This document shows positions 54,968 through 64,000 of a stretch of DNA of 64,000 bases, piece by piece. How positions within the stretch are numbered: the stretch's first letter is position 1; each line of letters starts with the position of its first letter. Source of the stretch: Cellvibrionaceae bacterium (GTDB taxonomy: Bacteria; Pseudomonadota; Gammaproteobacteria; Pseudomonadales; JAILXX01); assembly GCA_045430295.1 (NCBI GenBank), contig JAILXX010000006.1:1-64000 (forward strand), read 5' to 3'. The notes beneath the pieces are model-generated. The model worked only from the letters and a program-made list of their open reading frames with translations. It was not told the origin of the DNA and ran no database searches. The translations under genes and the position numbers were made by a program.

Positions 54968-56332
54968 CTAATTTAGGGTCTGTGGAAGAACCGTGGCGAT
55001 ATTGGGCCACAGCGCCAGCACAAGTAACGCTAGTAATTGAATCACGATAAAGGGAATAACGCCACGATAAATTGCACTGGTGGGTACAGAATCTGGCGCT
55101 ACGCCGCGCAAATAAAACAGCGAAAAGCCAAAGGGCGGTGTTAGGAATGAACACTGTAAATTCACCGCCAGCATGACTCCCAACCAAATGGGGTTTAGCC
55201 CCATAGCCAATAAAATTGGGCCAACAATGGGCACGACGACAAAAGTGATTTCAATAAAGTCGAGGATAAAGCCCAGTAAGAAGATCAGCAGCATCACCAC
55301 CAACATGGCACCTACGATACCGCCAGGTAAGTCACTGAGAAATTGTTCAATTAAGTGTTCACCGCCAAAGCCACGGAACACTAACGAGAATAAAGACGCA
55401 CCGATGAGAATGCCAAATACCATGGTGGTGATATGAGTGGTGGAGGTAAGGGCTTCTCGTAGATTGGTTTTGGTGAGCTTACCCTTTTGCCAAGTAAGCA
55501 CAGCGGCCCCTAGGGCGCCCACTGCCGCGGCTTCTGTTGGCGTGGCAATGCCCATAAGGATGGAGCCCAGCACAACCACGATTAACCCTAGCGGGGGAAT
55601 TAAACTACTGAAGATTTCACGGCGATCAGGGGTTTCCACATTCTCAATGGCTGGGGCGCGGTGTGGCTGCAACCAGGCAACGGTGAGCATGTAGATGAGG
55701 TATGCCAACACCAGTAAGACGCCAGGGATAATGGCCCCGATAAATAAGTCGCCTACAGATACCGGAGTTGCGTCGAAAATACCCTTGGACAACATGGCCT
55801 TCTGGTAGGCGTGAGATAACACATCCCCCAGCAGTACCAAGGCAAGAGATGGCGGGATAATCTGCCCCAAAGTGCCGGTGGCACAGATGGTGCCGCAGGC
55901 CAGAGCAGGGTCGTAGCCACGCTTGAGCATGGCAGGGAGGGACATCAATCCCATGGTGACCACGGTGGCGCCCACAATACCAGTGCTGGCCGCCAGCAGC
56001 ATACCCACTAGAATCACCGAAATACCCAAACCACCGGGAAGTCGGCCACAGAGCCTACCCATGGTATCCAATAGTTCTTCCGCTAAACGGGATTTCTCCA
56101 ATAAGACCCCCATGAGGACAAACAACGGTACTGCCAGCAGAGTAAAGTTGCTCATGATGCCGTAGAGGCGGTCGGGGAAGGCCTTCAATAGGCTGGGGTC
56201 GAACTGCCCTATGACGATGCCGATACCGGCAAAAATCAATGACACTCCGCCCAGGGTAAAGGCTACGGGGTAGCCCAGCATTAACAGGGCACAAATAGCG
56301 GCGAAGAGAACTAAGGGAATCCACTCGATCAT
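54968..56332 (-). CDS. dctM: TRAP transporter large permease subunit
   Basis: 454 aa polytopic permease of the DctM family. Confidence 0.88.
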   Translation of the reverse strand: MIEWIPLVLFAAICALLMLGYPVAFTLGGVSLIFAGIGIVIGQFDPSLLKAFPDRLYGIMSNFTLLAVPLFVLMGVLLEKSRLAEELLDTMGRLCGRLPGGLGISVILVGMLLAASTGIVGATVVTMGLMSLPAMLKRGYDPALACGTICATGTLGQIIPPSLALVLLGDVLSHAYQKAMLSKGIFDATPVSVGDLFIGAIIPGVLLVLAYLIYMLTVAWLQPHRAPAIENVETPDRREIFSSLIPPLGLIVVVLGSILMGIATPTEAAAVGALGAAVLTWQKGKLTKTNLREALTSTTHITTMVFGILIGASLFSLVFRGFGGEHLIEQFLSDLPGGIVGAMLVVMLLIFLLGFILDFIEITFVVVPIVGPILLAMGLNPIWLGVMLAVNLQCSFLTPPFGFSLFYLRGVAPDSVPTSAIYRGVIPFIVIQLLALLVLALWPNIATVLPQTLN

Positions 56333-56826
56333 TGTTCATACCCCAATATCTTCATATTGCGAAGACATTCCGCAATGGCTTGCAGTGCCAGCAGCACCGC
56401 CATAATAGGAATCAAGGTTTTAAAGAGAAACACCGTGGGAAGCCCCCCAGGTTGAACACTGACCTCGCGAATGGCCCAGGAGGTTTCCACGAAGTCGAGG
56501 CTAATAAGCAAGATAAACACGGCGATAGGTAGGGTTAACACCAGACTGCCGAGAGCATTAACCCAGGCTTTGGTGCGAATGGGTCTGCGGCGATAGAACA
56601 CGTCTACACGGACATGCTCATCCTTATACAGGTTGAAGCCCATGGCTAACAGGAATACGGCACTGTGACAGTAGAGGGTAGCTTCTTGGAGTGCGGTGGC
56701 ATTCACGGTAGCAATATTAAGGACTAGGGTGAGGCACTGGAGGGCCATAACCACCAGCACCAGCCAACCTAATTTGTTGCCGATAGACCGGGTCAAGCCG
56801 TCGATGCCTTTGATTAAGGTATCCAT
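56329..56826 (-). CDS. dctQ: TRAP transporter small permease subunit
   Basis: 165 aa with 4 TM segments. Overlaps the dctM start by 4 bp. Confidence 0.75.
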   Translation of the reverse strand: MDTLIKGIDGLTRSIGNKLGWLVLVVMALQCLTLVLNIATVNATALQEATLYCHSAVFLLAMGFNLYKDEHVRVDVFYRRRPIRTKAWVNALGSLVLTLPIAVFILLISLDFVETSWAIREVSVQPGGLPTVFLFKTLIPIMAVLLALQAIAECLRNMKILGYEQ

Positions 56827-56956
56827 AAGTTATTGATTTCTAGTGATTTTAGGCAAGCTTACCGGTTTCTAAATTGATAAAACAGGGAGAAGGCAGATTC
56901 TGAGCCCCTATGACACAAAATACATCATGAAGGATAAGTGACAATATGACATAGAG

Positions 56957-56974
56957 TTGTCATATAGGTGTAAC
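56957..56974. promoter_or_regulatory. Pho-box-like site upstream of pstS (TTGTCAT-ATAG-GTGTAAC)
   Basis: 7-4-7 direct-repeat architecture with one mismatch per half-site against CTGTCAT-N4-CTGT(A/C)A(C/T). About 85 bp upstream of the pstS ATG. Confidence 0.3.
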
Positions 56975-57058
56975 AAAGCCCCCCTACTATGCTCCCATCA
57001 AATAAAGATGCTATTTCAAATTTCAGCCACGAATTGGACATCATTTGTCGGAGTGACC

Positions 57059-58153
57059 ATGACCATGAAAAAGACGATTTTAACCGCAGCACTGGCTGCA
57101 ACGACTATGGCTTCAGCGCAATACGCTGCTGCTGCACGTGACTACATCAGCATCGTAGGTTCTTCTACGGTTTACCCATTCGCGACGGTTGTTGCCGAAA
57201 AATTTGGTAAGAGCTCTAGTTTCAAAACCCCAAAAATTGAATCTACCGGTTCAGGTGGTGGCATGAAGCTGTTCTGTTCTGGTGTTGGTGTTGAGCACCC
57301 AGACATTACTAACGCTTCTCGCCGTATCAAGAAGTCTGAGTTCGACAAGTGCCAGAACAACGGGGTTAAAGATATCGTTGAAGTACTAATCGGTTACGAC
57401 GGAATCGTATTGGCTAACTCCAAGAAAACTAAGTTGATGGCGTTAACCCGCAAAGACCTGTTCTTGGCTTTAGCAAAAGATATCCCCAACCCAGACGGCT
57501 CTGAGACTCTGGTTCCTAACCCGAACAAGACTTGGAAAGACGTAAATCCAGCATTGCCTGCCACTAAGATTGAAGTGCTGGGCCCACCACCAACCTCTGG
57601 TACTCGCGACGCATTCGCTGAGTTAGGCCTGGAAGGTGGTTGTAAGAAGTTTGGCTGGATCAAAGGTATCAAGAAAGCGTCTAAGAAAGCCAAGAAAGCT
57701 GGTGACAAAGCCACAGCTAAGCAGTTGAAGAGCAAGTACAAGGCGATCTGCCACTCTGTACGTGAAGACGGCGCTTACATCGAAGCAGGTGAGAACGATA
57801 ATTTGATCGTTCAAAAGCTAGTCGCTAACCCTAACGCTCTGGGTGTATTCGGCTTCAGCTTCCTGGAAGAAAACAGCGACAAGGTTCAAGGTTCCAAGAT
57901 TGAAGGCCAGCTGCCGACTTTCGAGACCATCGCTGACAAGTCTTACCCGGTATCTCGTCCACTGTACTTCTATGTTAAGAAGGCACATATGGGTGTGATT
58001 CCAGGTATCGAGCAGTACCTCACTGAGTTCACTAGCGAAAAAGCTTGGGGCGAAGAGGGTTACCTAGCCGACCGCGGCATGATCCCAATGGGTGAAGCTA
58101 AGCGCAAGGAAATCGGCGCAGCAGTGAAAGAGAAGAAAAATTTGGCTCTCTAA
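57059..58153 (+). CDS. pstS: Phosphate ABC transporter substrate-binding protein (PstS family, Pseudomonas-type)
   Basis: GGAG 5 nt before the ATG at 57059, signal peptide, PstS-family core (SIVGSSTVYPF). The track ORF begins 34 codons earlier with no RBS. Confidence 0.88.
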   Translation: MTMKKTILTAALAATTMASAQYAAAARDYISIVGSSTVYPFATVVAEKFGKSSSFKTPKIESTGSGGGMKLFCSGVGVEHPDITNASRRIKKSEFDKCQNNGVKDIVEVLIGYDGIVLANSKKTKLMALTRKDLFLALAKDIPNPDGSETLVPNPNKTWKDVNPALPATKIEVLGPPPTSGTRDAFAELGLEGGCKKFGWIKGIKKASKKAKKAGDKATAKQLKSKYKAICHSVREDGAYIEAGENDNLIVQKLVANPNALGVFGFSFLEENSDKVQGSKIEGQLPTFETIADKSYPVSRPLYFYVKKAHMGVIPGIEQYLTEFTSEKAWGEEGYLADRGMIPMGEAKRKEIGAAVKEKKNLAL

Positions 58154-58182
58154 TCGCACTATTTTCACTGCAAATTGACAGG

Positions 58183-58220
58183 CAAAGGCTGAGCGTGAAG
58201 CTCGGCCTTTGTTTGTTTAT
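58183..58220 (+). terminator. Hairpin plus T-tract after pstS (attenuator or terminator)
   Basis: AAAGGCTGAGC...GCTCGGCCTTT followed by GTTTGTTTAT. Confidence 0.45.
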
Positions 58221-58314
58221 AATTGCGGCCGTTTTGTCATTGTGACAGTTAAATTACGCCCCGTAGTTATTATGACGACTACGGTTAATCACCTACTTTT
58301 AGTGTTGTAAAAGC

Positions 58315-59724
58315 ATGGATATCTCTACCCTACTGTTGGCCCTGATAGTTGTTGTTGCCGTAACCTACTATCGGGCTCAATCCCGTTCCTATGCACTGGC
58401 TCCAGAAGTGGGTGGTGTACGCTACCTCAATTCCCTGCCGTTTTACTATGGTATGCAAGCCGCCTTAATGAGCTGTCTACCAGCAATTGGTGTCTTACTG
58501 CTGTGGCTTATTTTCGACGACTCCATTATCAATGCCATGGTGTTGGCCCAGTTACCGGTTGATATCCAGGCCCTTCCCGCCAATGAGCTGGGTTTGGTGA
58601 TGAACAGTATTGGTAACATTGCTGCCGGCGCCGCCATGGGTGACGTGACTGCGGAATACCAGCAAGCCGCTGATACCCTGAATGCTTTGAAAAATACCAG
58701 CAGCTTGGCTCTAGGGGCGGTGTGTTTAAGTGTGGCTTGTGTTGGCGCCATTTGGGGCTGGATGCGTGTGTCCCCGACTCTCCATGCCCGTACCCAAGTA
58801 GAGAAGGTATTCACCTGGTTGTTGATGGGCTGTTCTATGATCGCGATCCTCACCACCGTGGGTATCGTTTTTTCCGTATTGTTTGAGTCTCTGCAATTCT
58901 TCCAGCATGTGAGTCCGCTGGAATTTTTATTTAGTCCAGAGTGGAGCCCACAAATGGCTATCCGCGCTGACCAAGCGGGTGCTTCTGGTGCCTTCGGTGC
59001 AATTCCTCTGTTTGCAGGCACCATGATGATCACGGTATTGGCCATGATGATTGCGGTACCTGTGGGTTTGATGTCGGCTATTTATCTAGCTGAATATGCC
59101 AACAAGCGTTTCCGCAGTGTAGCCAAGCCGATTTTGGAAATTCTCGCCGGTATCCCAACGGTTGTTTACGGATTCTTTGCCGCTTTAACCGTTGCCCCCT
59201 GGGTGCGCGACTTAACCACAGCCATCGATGAAACCTTGGGTATGGGAGGCGCGTTGGCGGCTTCTTCCGAGAGTGCGTTAGCGGCAGGTATGGTCATGGG
59301 TATTATGATTATCCCGTTCGTGTCTTCGCTTTCCGACGATGTAATTACCGCAGTCCCTCAATCCCTGCGGGATGGCTCCTACGGTTTGGGTGCCACTAAA
59401 TCTGAAACGGTACGCCAAGTCATTATTCCAGCTGCCCTACCCGGTATTGTGGGCGGCATTATGCTGGCGGTATCTCGAGCCATTGGTGAAACCATGATTG
59501 TGGTGATGGCTGCAGGTCTTGCTGCAAACCTTACCGCCAATCCACTGGATTCTGTAACCACTGTAACGGTGCAGATTGTGACTTTACTAGTGGGTGACCA
59601 AGAATTTGATAGTCCGAAAACATTAGCAGCTTTCGCTTTAGGGTTATTACTATTTGTTGTGACCTTAACCCTCAACTTTATTGCGCTGCACGTGGTGAAA
59701 AAATACCGCGAGCAGTATGACTAG
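58315..59724 (+). CDS. pstC: Phosphate ABC transporter permease PstC
   Basis: 469 aa, long-form PstC with an ABC transmembrane EAA-type loop. Confidence 0.9.
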   Translation: MDISTLLLALIVVVAVTYYRAQSRSYALAPEVGGVRYLNSLPFYYGMQAALMSCLPAIGVLLLWLIFDDSIINAMVLAQLPVDIQALPANELGLVMNSIGNIAAGAAMGDVTAEYQQAADTLNALKNTSSLALGAVCLSVACVGAIWGWMRVSPTLHARTQVEKVFTWLLMGCSMIAILTTVGIVFSVLFESLQFFQHVSPLEFLFSPEWSPQMAIRADQAGASGAFGAIPLFAGTMMITVLAMMIAVPVGLMSAIYLAEYANKRFRSVAKPILEILAGIPTVVYGFFAALTVAPWVRDLTTAIDETLGMGGALAASSESALAAGMVMGIMIIPFVSSLSDDVITAVPQSLRDGSYGLGATKSETVRQVIIPAALPGIVGGIMLAVSRAIGETMIVVMAAGLAANLTANPLDSVTTVTVQIVTLLVGDQEFDSPKTLAAFALGLLLFVVTLTLNFIALHVVKKYREQYD

Positions 59725-59739
59725 GGAGAGGTTAAAACC

Positions 59740-61062
59740 ATGAGTGACGTTATGAATCAGTCCGATCAAAACCAGCAAGCTTCCGTTGGTTCTACCCGTG
59801 CCAAAGTGCAGGCGAGTTTGAAAAAGCGCTATAGCGCAGAAAAACGTTTTCAATTGTTTGGCATTGCCTCTGTGGGTTTTGGCATGCTGTGTTTGGTAAT
59901 TTTGTTCACCGATATTATTGGTAAAGGCCACGGTGCGTTTTTGCAGGCAGAAATGCAGCTAACGGTGAACTTTGATAGCGACACCTTAGATATTTCAGAT
60001 ATCACGGATGAGCAGCAGTTAATGTCTGCAAATTATATGGGGCTGTTAAAGAAAACGTTGCGAAAGCGTTTTCCCGATGTCAGCGGTCGAAAAAACAAGA
60101 AACGTTTGTATCAACTTATTAGTGACGGTGCTGAATATCAATTGCGAGATATGTTGAAGGCAAATCCTCAATGGTTGGGCACTACTCAAACCATTTGGGT
60201 GTGGGCAGACGACAGCGTTGATACCGTGATGAAAGGCAAGTTAGGCCGAGATATTCCAGAAGCCGAGCGTCCACTCAATAACATGCAGCTAGATTGGCTG
60301 GATGAAATGACAGCAAAGGGCGAACTTCGGAAAAGCTTTAACACTAACTTCTTTAGCAATGGTGCATCTCGTAACCCTGAAGAAGCCGGTATTAAAGGCG
60401 CAGTGGTGGGTTCATTGCTAACCTTGATGGTTACCCTGGCGTTGTCATTCCCTATTGGTGTGGCAGCGGCAATCTATCTGGAAGAATTTGCGCCGAAAAA
60501 TAAATTTACCGACATTATCGAAGTGAACATTAATAACCTGGCTGCGGTACCTTCTATTATTTTCGGCCTCTTGGGTTTGGCAATCTTCCTCAATTTTTTC
60601 GAGATGCCTCGTTCCGCTCCGCTAGTGGGTGGTTTGGTACTCACCTTAATGACTTTGCCTACCATTATTATTTCTAGTCGTGCTGCTATTAAAGCCGTAC
60701 CGCCGAGTATTCGCGAAGCGGCATTGGGTATTGGTGCGTCCAAAATGCAAATGGTGATGCATCATGTTTTGCCATTGGCTATGCCAGGTATGCTTACCGG
60801 TACCATTATCGGTATGGCGCAAGCGCTGGGTGAAACAGCCCCCCTGCTAATGATTGGTATGGTGGCCTTTATTGTAGATATTCCAGGTGGTGTCACTGAT
60901 CCGGCAACCGTATTACCTGTACAAATTTTCTTGTGGGCGGACAGTCCTGAGCGTGCATTCGTTGAACGTACCTCCGCTGCCATTATGATTTTGGTGGGTG
61001 TATTAATCACTATGAACACCATTGCGGTGGTATTGCGTAAACGCCTTGAGCGTCGTTGGTAA
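59740..61062 (+). CDS. pstA: Phosphate ABC transporter permease PstA
   Basis: 440 aa with an N-terminal extension and C-terminal permease core. Confidence 0.9.
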   Translation: MSDVMNQSDQNQQASVGSTRAKVQASLKKRYSAEKRFQLFGIASVGFGMLCLVILFTDIIGKGHGAFLQAEMQLTVNFDSDTLDISDITDEQQLMSANYMGLLKKTLRKRFPDVSGRKNKKRLYQLISDGAEYQLRDMLKANPQWLGTTQTIWVWADDSVDTVMKGKLGRDIPEAERPLNNMQLDWLDEMTAKGELRKSFNTNFFSNGASRNPEEAGIKGAVVGSLLTLMVTLALSFPIGVAAAIYLEEFAPKNKFTDIIEVNINNLAAVPSIIFGLLGLAIFLNFFEMPRSAPLVGGLVLTLMTLPTIIISSRAAIKAVPPSIREAALGIGASKMQMVMHHVLPLAMPGMLTGTIIGMAQALGETAPLLMIGMVAFIVDIPGGVTDPATVLPVQIFLWADSPERAFVERTSAAIMILVGVLITMNTIAVVLRKRLERRW

Positions 61063-61111
61063 GGTTAAAAATCCGTATTGAACTACAATTTAGTGACGGT
61101 AGGTAACAGTG

Positions 61112-62014
61112 ATGAATACAGTGGCAGATAACGCAGCGACCACGACGTCGAACAGTAACGAAACAAATACAGAACAAACTTCTAAACAGACAGTAACTCC
61201 TATGATGGAAAATGATACTTCAGCGGCTTCAGAGACCGTAGGCCAACCATTCAGTGACAATGCGGCAATTTCCGTACGTAACTGCAACGTTTTTTATGGT
61301 GATAAACAGGCCATCTTCAATGCGAATATTGATATCGCTCGAAACCAAGTGATCGCGATGATTGGTCCGTCGGGTTGTGGTAAATCTACTTTCCTGCGTT
61401 GTTTAAATCGTATGAATGACACTATCGACATCTGTCGTGTAAAAGGCGATATCACCTTGGAAGGCCAAGATATTTATACAAAGTCTTTGGATGTGGTTGA
61501 GTTGCGGGCAACGGTGGGCATGGTATTCCAAAAACCAAACCCCTTCCCGAAATCCATATACGACAATGTTGCTTATGGTCCGAAATTACATGGTTTGGCG
61601 AGCCGACGCTCTGAGTTAGATGAGATTGTAGAAAAGAGTTTGCAGCGTGCAGGTCTTTGGAATGAAGTAAAAGATCGTTTGCATCAACCGGGTACCGGCC
61701 TTTCTGGTGGTCAGCAACAGCGTTTGTGTATTGCGCGTACTATTGCCGTAAACCCGGAAGTGATTCTGATGGACGAACCCTGTTCTGCATTGGACCCGAT
61801 TGCGACGGCAAAAATTGAAGAATTGATCGATGAGCTCAGCGCAAACTACACCATTGCTATTGTGACGCACTCCATGCAACAGGCAGCACGGGTTTCAAAT
61901 CGCACGGCTTATTTTCACATGGGTAAATTAATTGAAGTGAATGATACGGAAAAAGTCTTTACTAATCCGGATCACAAGTTGACTGAAGATTATATTACTG
62001 GCCGCTTCGGCTAA
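61112..62014 (+). CDS. pstB: Phosphate ABC transporter ATP-binding protein PstB
   Basis: Walker [10 protein letters not shown], signature LSGGQQQR, Walker B ILMDEP. Has an N-terminal S/T/N-rich extension. Start is uncertain (GTG at 61109, ATG at 61112, or a later Met at 61202). Confidence 0.9.
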   Translation: MNTVADNAATTTSNSNETNTEQTSKQTVTPMMENDTSAASETVGQPFSDNAAISVRNCNVFYGDKQAIFNANIDIARNQVIAMIGPSGCGKSTFLRCLNRMNDTIDICRVKGDITLEGQDIYTKSLDVVELRATVGMVFQKPNPFPKSIYDNVAYGPKLHGLASRRSELDEIVEKSLQRAGLWNEVKDRLHQPGTGLSGGQQQRLCIARTIAVNPEVILMDEPCSALDPIATAKIEELIDELSANYTIAIVTHSMQQAARVSNRTAYFHMGKLIEVNDTEKVFTNPDHKLTEDYITGRFG

Positions 62015-62053
62015 GAACCGCTAAGCGCCAGCTTAATAAAAGAATAGGAGAGA

Positions 62054-62770
62054 ATGATGGATTTCACTCAAGCAAAACACACCAGTCAGCGTTTCGATGA
62101 AGACTTGCAAGCGATTAAATCCAGTTTGATGGAGTTGGGTGGTCGTGTAGAAAAGCAAGTTATCGATGCTGTTAATGCCCTGGAAAAAGCCGATAAAGAA
62201 TTGGCAGAAAAAGTCATTATTAGTGATGATAAAGTTAACCAGCGTGAAATGCGTTTGGATGAAGACTGCACCAAAATTCTGGTAAAGCGTCAGCCAGCAG
62301 CTGGCGATATGCGTTTTGTGGTGGCAGTGATGCGCGCTGCTCACGATTTAGAGCGTATGGGCGACGAAGCCAAAAAAATTGCCAAGATGTCTATGAAATT
62401 AGGAGAAGCAGGCGAAGAAGCACCACAAGGTTACACCGAGATACGCCATATTGCCGCTGGCGTTAGCCGTATGGTTAACGAGTCTTTGGATTCTTTTGCC
62501 CGCTTTGATGCGGAACTTGCATTAACCGTGGTTGAACAAGATCAAATTATCGACCGTGAATACACGTCCGCCTTGCGTGAACTCATGACTTACATGATGG
62601 AAGACCCTCGCAGTATTAAACGAGTGATGCGTATTTTATGGGCCTTGCGTTCATTAGAACGTATTGGCGACCATGCACAAAATATTGCAGAGCACGTTAT
62701 CTATATTGTGAAAGGCAAGGACGTTCGTCATAGCTCTCTGGAAGAAGTCAACGAAATCGTTGGCAAATAA
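62054..62770 (+). CDS. phoU: Phosphate signalling complex protein PhoU
   Basis: Duplicated PhoU helical repeats (ERIGDHAQNIAE). Confidence 0.92.
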   Translation: MMDFTQAKHTSQRFDEDLQAIKSSLMELGGRVEKQVIDAVNALEKADKELAEKVIISDDKVNQREMRLDEDCTKILVKRQPAAGDMRFVVAVMRAAHDLERMGDEAKKIAKMSMKLGEAGEEAPQGYTEIRHIAAGVSRMVNESLDSFARFDAELALTVVEQDQIIDREYTSALRELMTYMMEDPRSIKRVMRILWALRSLERIGDHAQNIAEHVIYIVKGKDVRHSSLEEVNEIVGK

Positions 62771-63039
62771 TGCCTAAGCAATTTTACCGTTTTTCTTTTT
62801 TCCTGCTTTGCTGTTTCTTGGCCGCCTGTAGTCGCGGCGGCCCCATGGCAACGATGTCGCAAGAAGAATTACTCCAGCGGTATCATCACTGTGTGACCGC
62901 AAAGCCCACAACGCCTGCCTATGTTACTGCCTGTGGCAATATTGAGCGGGAATGTGAGATGCGGGAAACAGAACAGGGAAAAGAGGTTTGTGTTGTTGCT
63001 GTGCCGAAGGAGTCGGAGGTAACGCCGAAGCAACCGTAG
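62770..63039 (+). CDS. Small lipoprotein (89 aa), translationally coupled to phoU
   Basis: Start overlaps the phoU stop (TAATG). Lipobox LAAC, Cys-rich. Confidence 0.5.
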   Translation: MPKQFYRFSFFLLCCFLAACSRGGPMATMSQEELLQRYHHCVTAKPTTPAYVTACGNIERECEMRETEQGKEVCVVAVPKESEVTPKQP

Positions 63040-63188
63040 CCCGCGATTAAAAATTGCTCCTGCATTTTTTATGTACCTTTCATCCATGGAAGGCAAGAGC
63101 GCAGCGGCACGCGGGAATTTCTGTTTTTCAATTGCTCTCTTCTGCGTAAACTGTCCCGCGTGCCGCTTTGCTCTACGCGGGCTACCCA
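63036..63188. repeat. Nested palindromic element (REP/MITE-like): outer inverted repeat GTAGCCCGCG...CGCGGGCTAC, inner 13-bp inverted repeat GCGGCACGCGGGA...TCCCGCGTGCCGC
   Basis: Inverted repeats read directly. Shares the ATTCCCGCG and GAGCGCAG cores with the elements at 52187 and 32570. Confidence 0.5.
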
Positions 63189-63203
63189 AAAACAAAAATA
63201 AAA

Positions 63204-63626
63204 TTACTTACCCTGCGACGAATATAATTCCACTTGTTTTTTCTCTTCTGCTGTTAACTCGCCATAAAGTCGTGGATACGGCCAGCCATACCCCCAGCGA
63301 AAATCTGTGGGCCAAAATGCAGAACCGCCGACAAACACTCCAGCTTGCATCAAAGCCCCAATAAATGGCTCTCCTAAACCGGAAACGCATTGTCGTAACC
63401 GGTTATCGGAATCAAGCCGTTGTTCATAGGTGCCGCCCTTCCAATAATCGTAATCGTGTTGTGTGCAGCATGTCAGCCACAGTTGGTTTTCTTCCAAGGT
63501 ACCTTCGGGAAAAGCACTGCAGCCGTCACTGATAAAAGGCTTGAGAGTGTCGGAATAGGCTGGGAGTGATGTTAATAGCACTGTTGCGAACACAGTTAGT
63601 GCAATTGGGGAGATACGGAGAAACAT
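63204..63626 (-). CDS. Secreted protein with a prokaryotic/group-XIV-like phospholipase A2 motif (DGCS ... C-x-x-H-D-x-x-Y)
   Basis: Signal peptide; FISDGCSAFPEG followed 20 aa later by CCTQHDYDYWKGG (compare the S. violaceoruber PLA2 motif C-x-R-H-D-F-G-Y-R-N). Confidence 0.4.
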   Translation of the reverse strand: MFLRISPIALTVFATVLLTSLPAYSDTLKPFISDGCSAFPEGTLEENQLWLTCCTQHDYDYWKGGTYEQRLDSDNRLRQCVSGLGEPFIGALMQAGVFVGGSAFWPTDFRWGYGWPYPRLYGELTAEEKKQVELYSSQGK

Positions 63627-63864
63627 GGGGTGATAATAGCAAGAAGAACCAGTTAAATATCAGACTGTTAAATTCAAATTTACTGAATCTAATATAATAA
63701 ATAACAGGCCAGGAAAATATAATTTATTTTATATCAATATCTTAGGCTAAATAAAAGGTCAAATATTTTGAATATATCGTTCATTTTTTGGCGGTTATTC
63801 AGCGAATCAGGCAGGCTTACAATGTCTTCAACGTAATGAAAATACTGAATTGGAGACAGTGATT

Positions 63865-64000
63865 ATGAAAGCATTGGTTGAGAAAATAACGGGCACAAAC
63901 GCAGGTTTTGACACTCTGGCTATTCGGCTGGCTGCCGGTGTGATTTTTATGGCTCATGGTGCGCAAAAGCTATTTGGCTGGTTTGGTGGCTATGGACTGG
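63865..64000 (+). CDS. DoxX-family membrane protein, 5' partial (runs off window)
   Basis: GGAG 9 nt upstream. ...[28 protein letters not shown] is DoxX-like. Confidence 0.55.
   Translation, partial: MKALVEKITGTNAGFDTLAIRLAAGVIFMAHGAQKLFGWFGGYGL

Overview
This window is the chromosomal replication-origin neighbourhood of a gammaproteobacterium. The gene order is Pseudomonas-like, reverse-complemented relative to that convention. It runs lpxL-like acyltransferase, glyQ-glyS, plsC-like, a roughly 14.5 kb accessory insertion, then gyrB-recF-dnaN-dnaA(-), the candidate oriC, rpmH-rnpA-yidD-yidC-mnmE(+), mnmG-rsmG-parA-parB, the complete atpIBEFHAGDC operon, glmU-glmS, uvrD, split TRAP transporter genes and pstSCAB-phoU. 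No tRNA, rRNA or CRISPR array was seen.

The notable region is an insertion at 6573-21046, all on the minus strand, between the conserved plsC-like gene and gyrB. Within it, 8088-19784 is a tightly coupled 9-gene operon. In transcription order it encodes a YjfI-like small protein, a PspA/IM30 (ESCRT-III-like) protein, a YqiJ/NfeD-like membrane protein, a YqiK-like flotillin, a 1762-aa giant protein with a MoxR/AAA_5-type ATPase module, a rhomboid protease, an MtfA/M90-like HExxH zinc peptidase with a C-terminal SEC-C motif, a double zinc-ribbon protein and a small acidic TerB-like protein. The operon sits behind a promoter carrying three TTACATGTAA palindromes and ends at a strong terminator. 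Next to it is a PstS-like/OmpA-fusion lipoprotein gene with its own transcription unit. I interpret this as a candidate uncharacterised membrane-remodelling or envelope-stress or defence module.

Other observations: a roughly 425 bp tandem repeat and an IS3-like transposase fragment at the left edge; a family of REP/MITE-like palindromic elements at three intergenic sites; parS sites inside recF; a candidate LexA box upstream of uvrD; a Pho-box-like site upstream of pstS; and a secreted protein with a prokaryotic PLA2-like motif.
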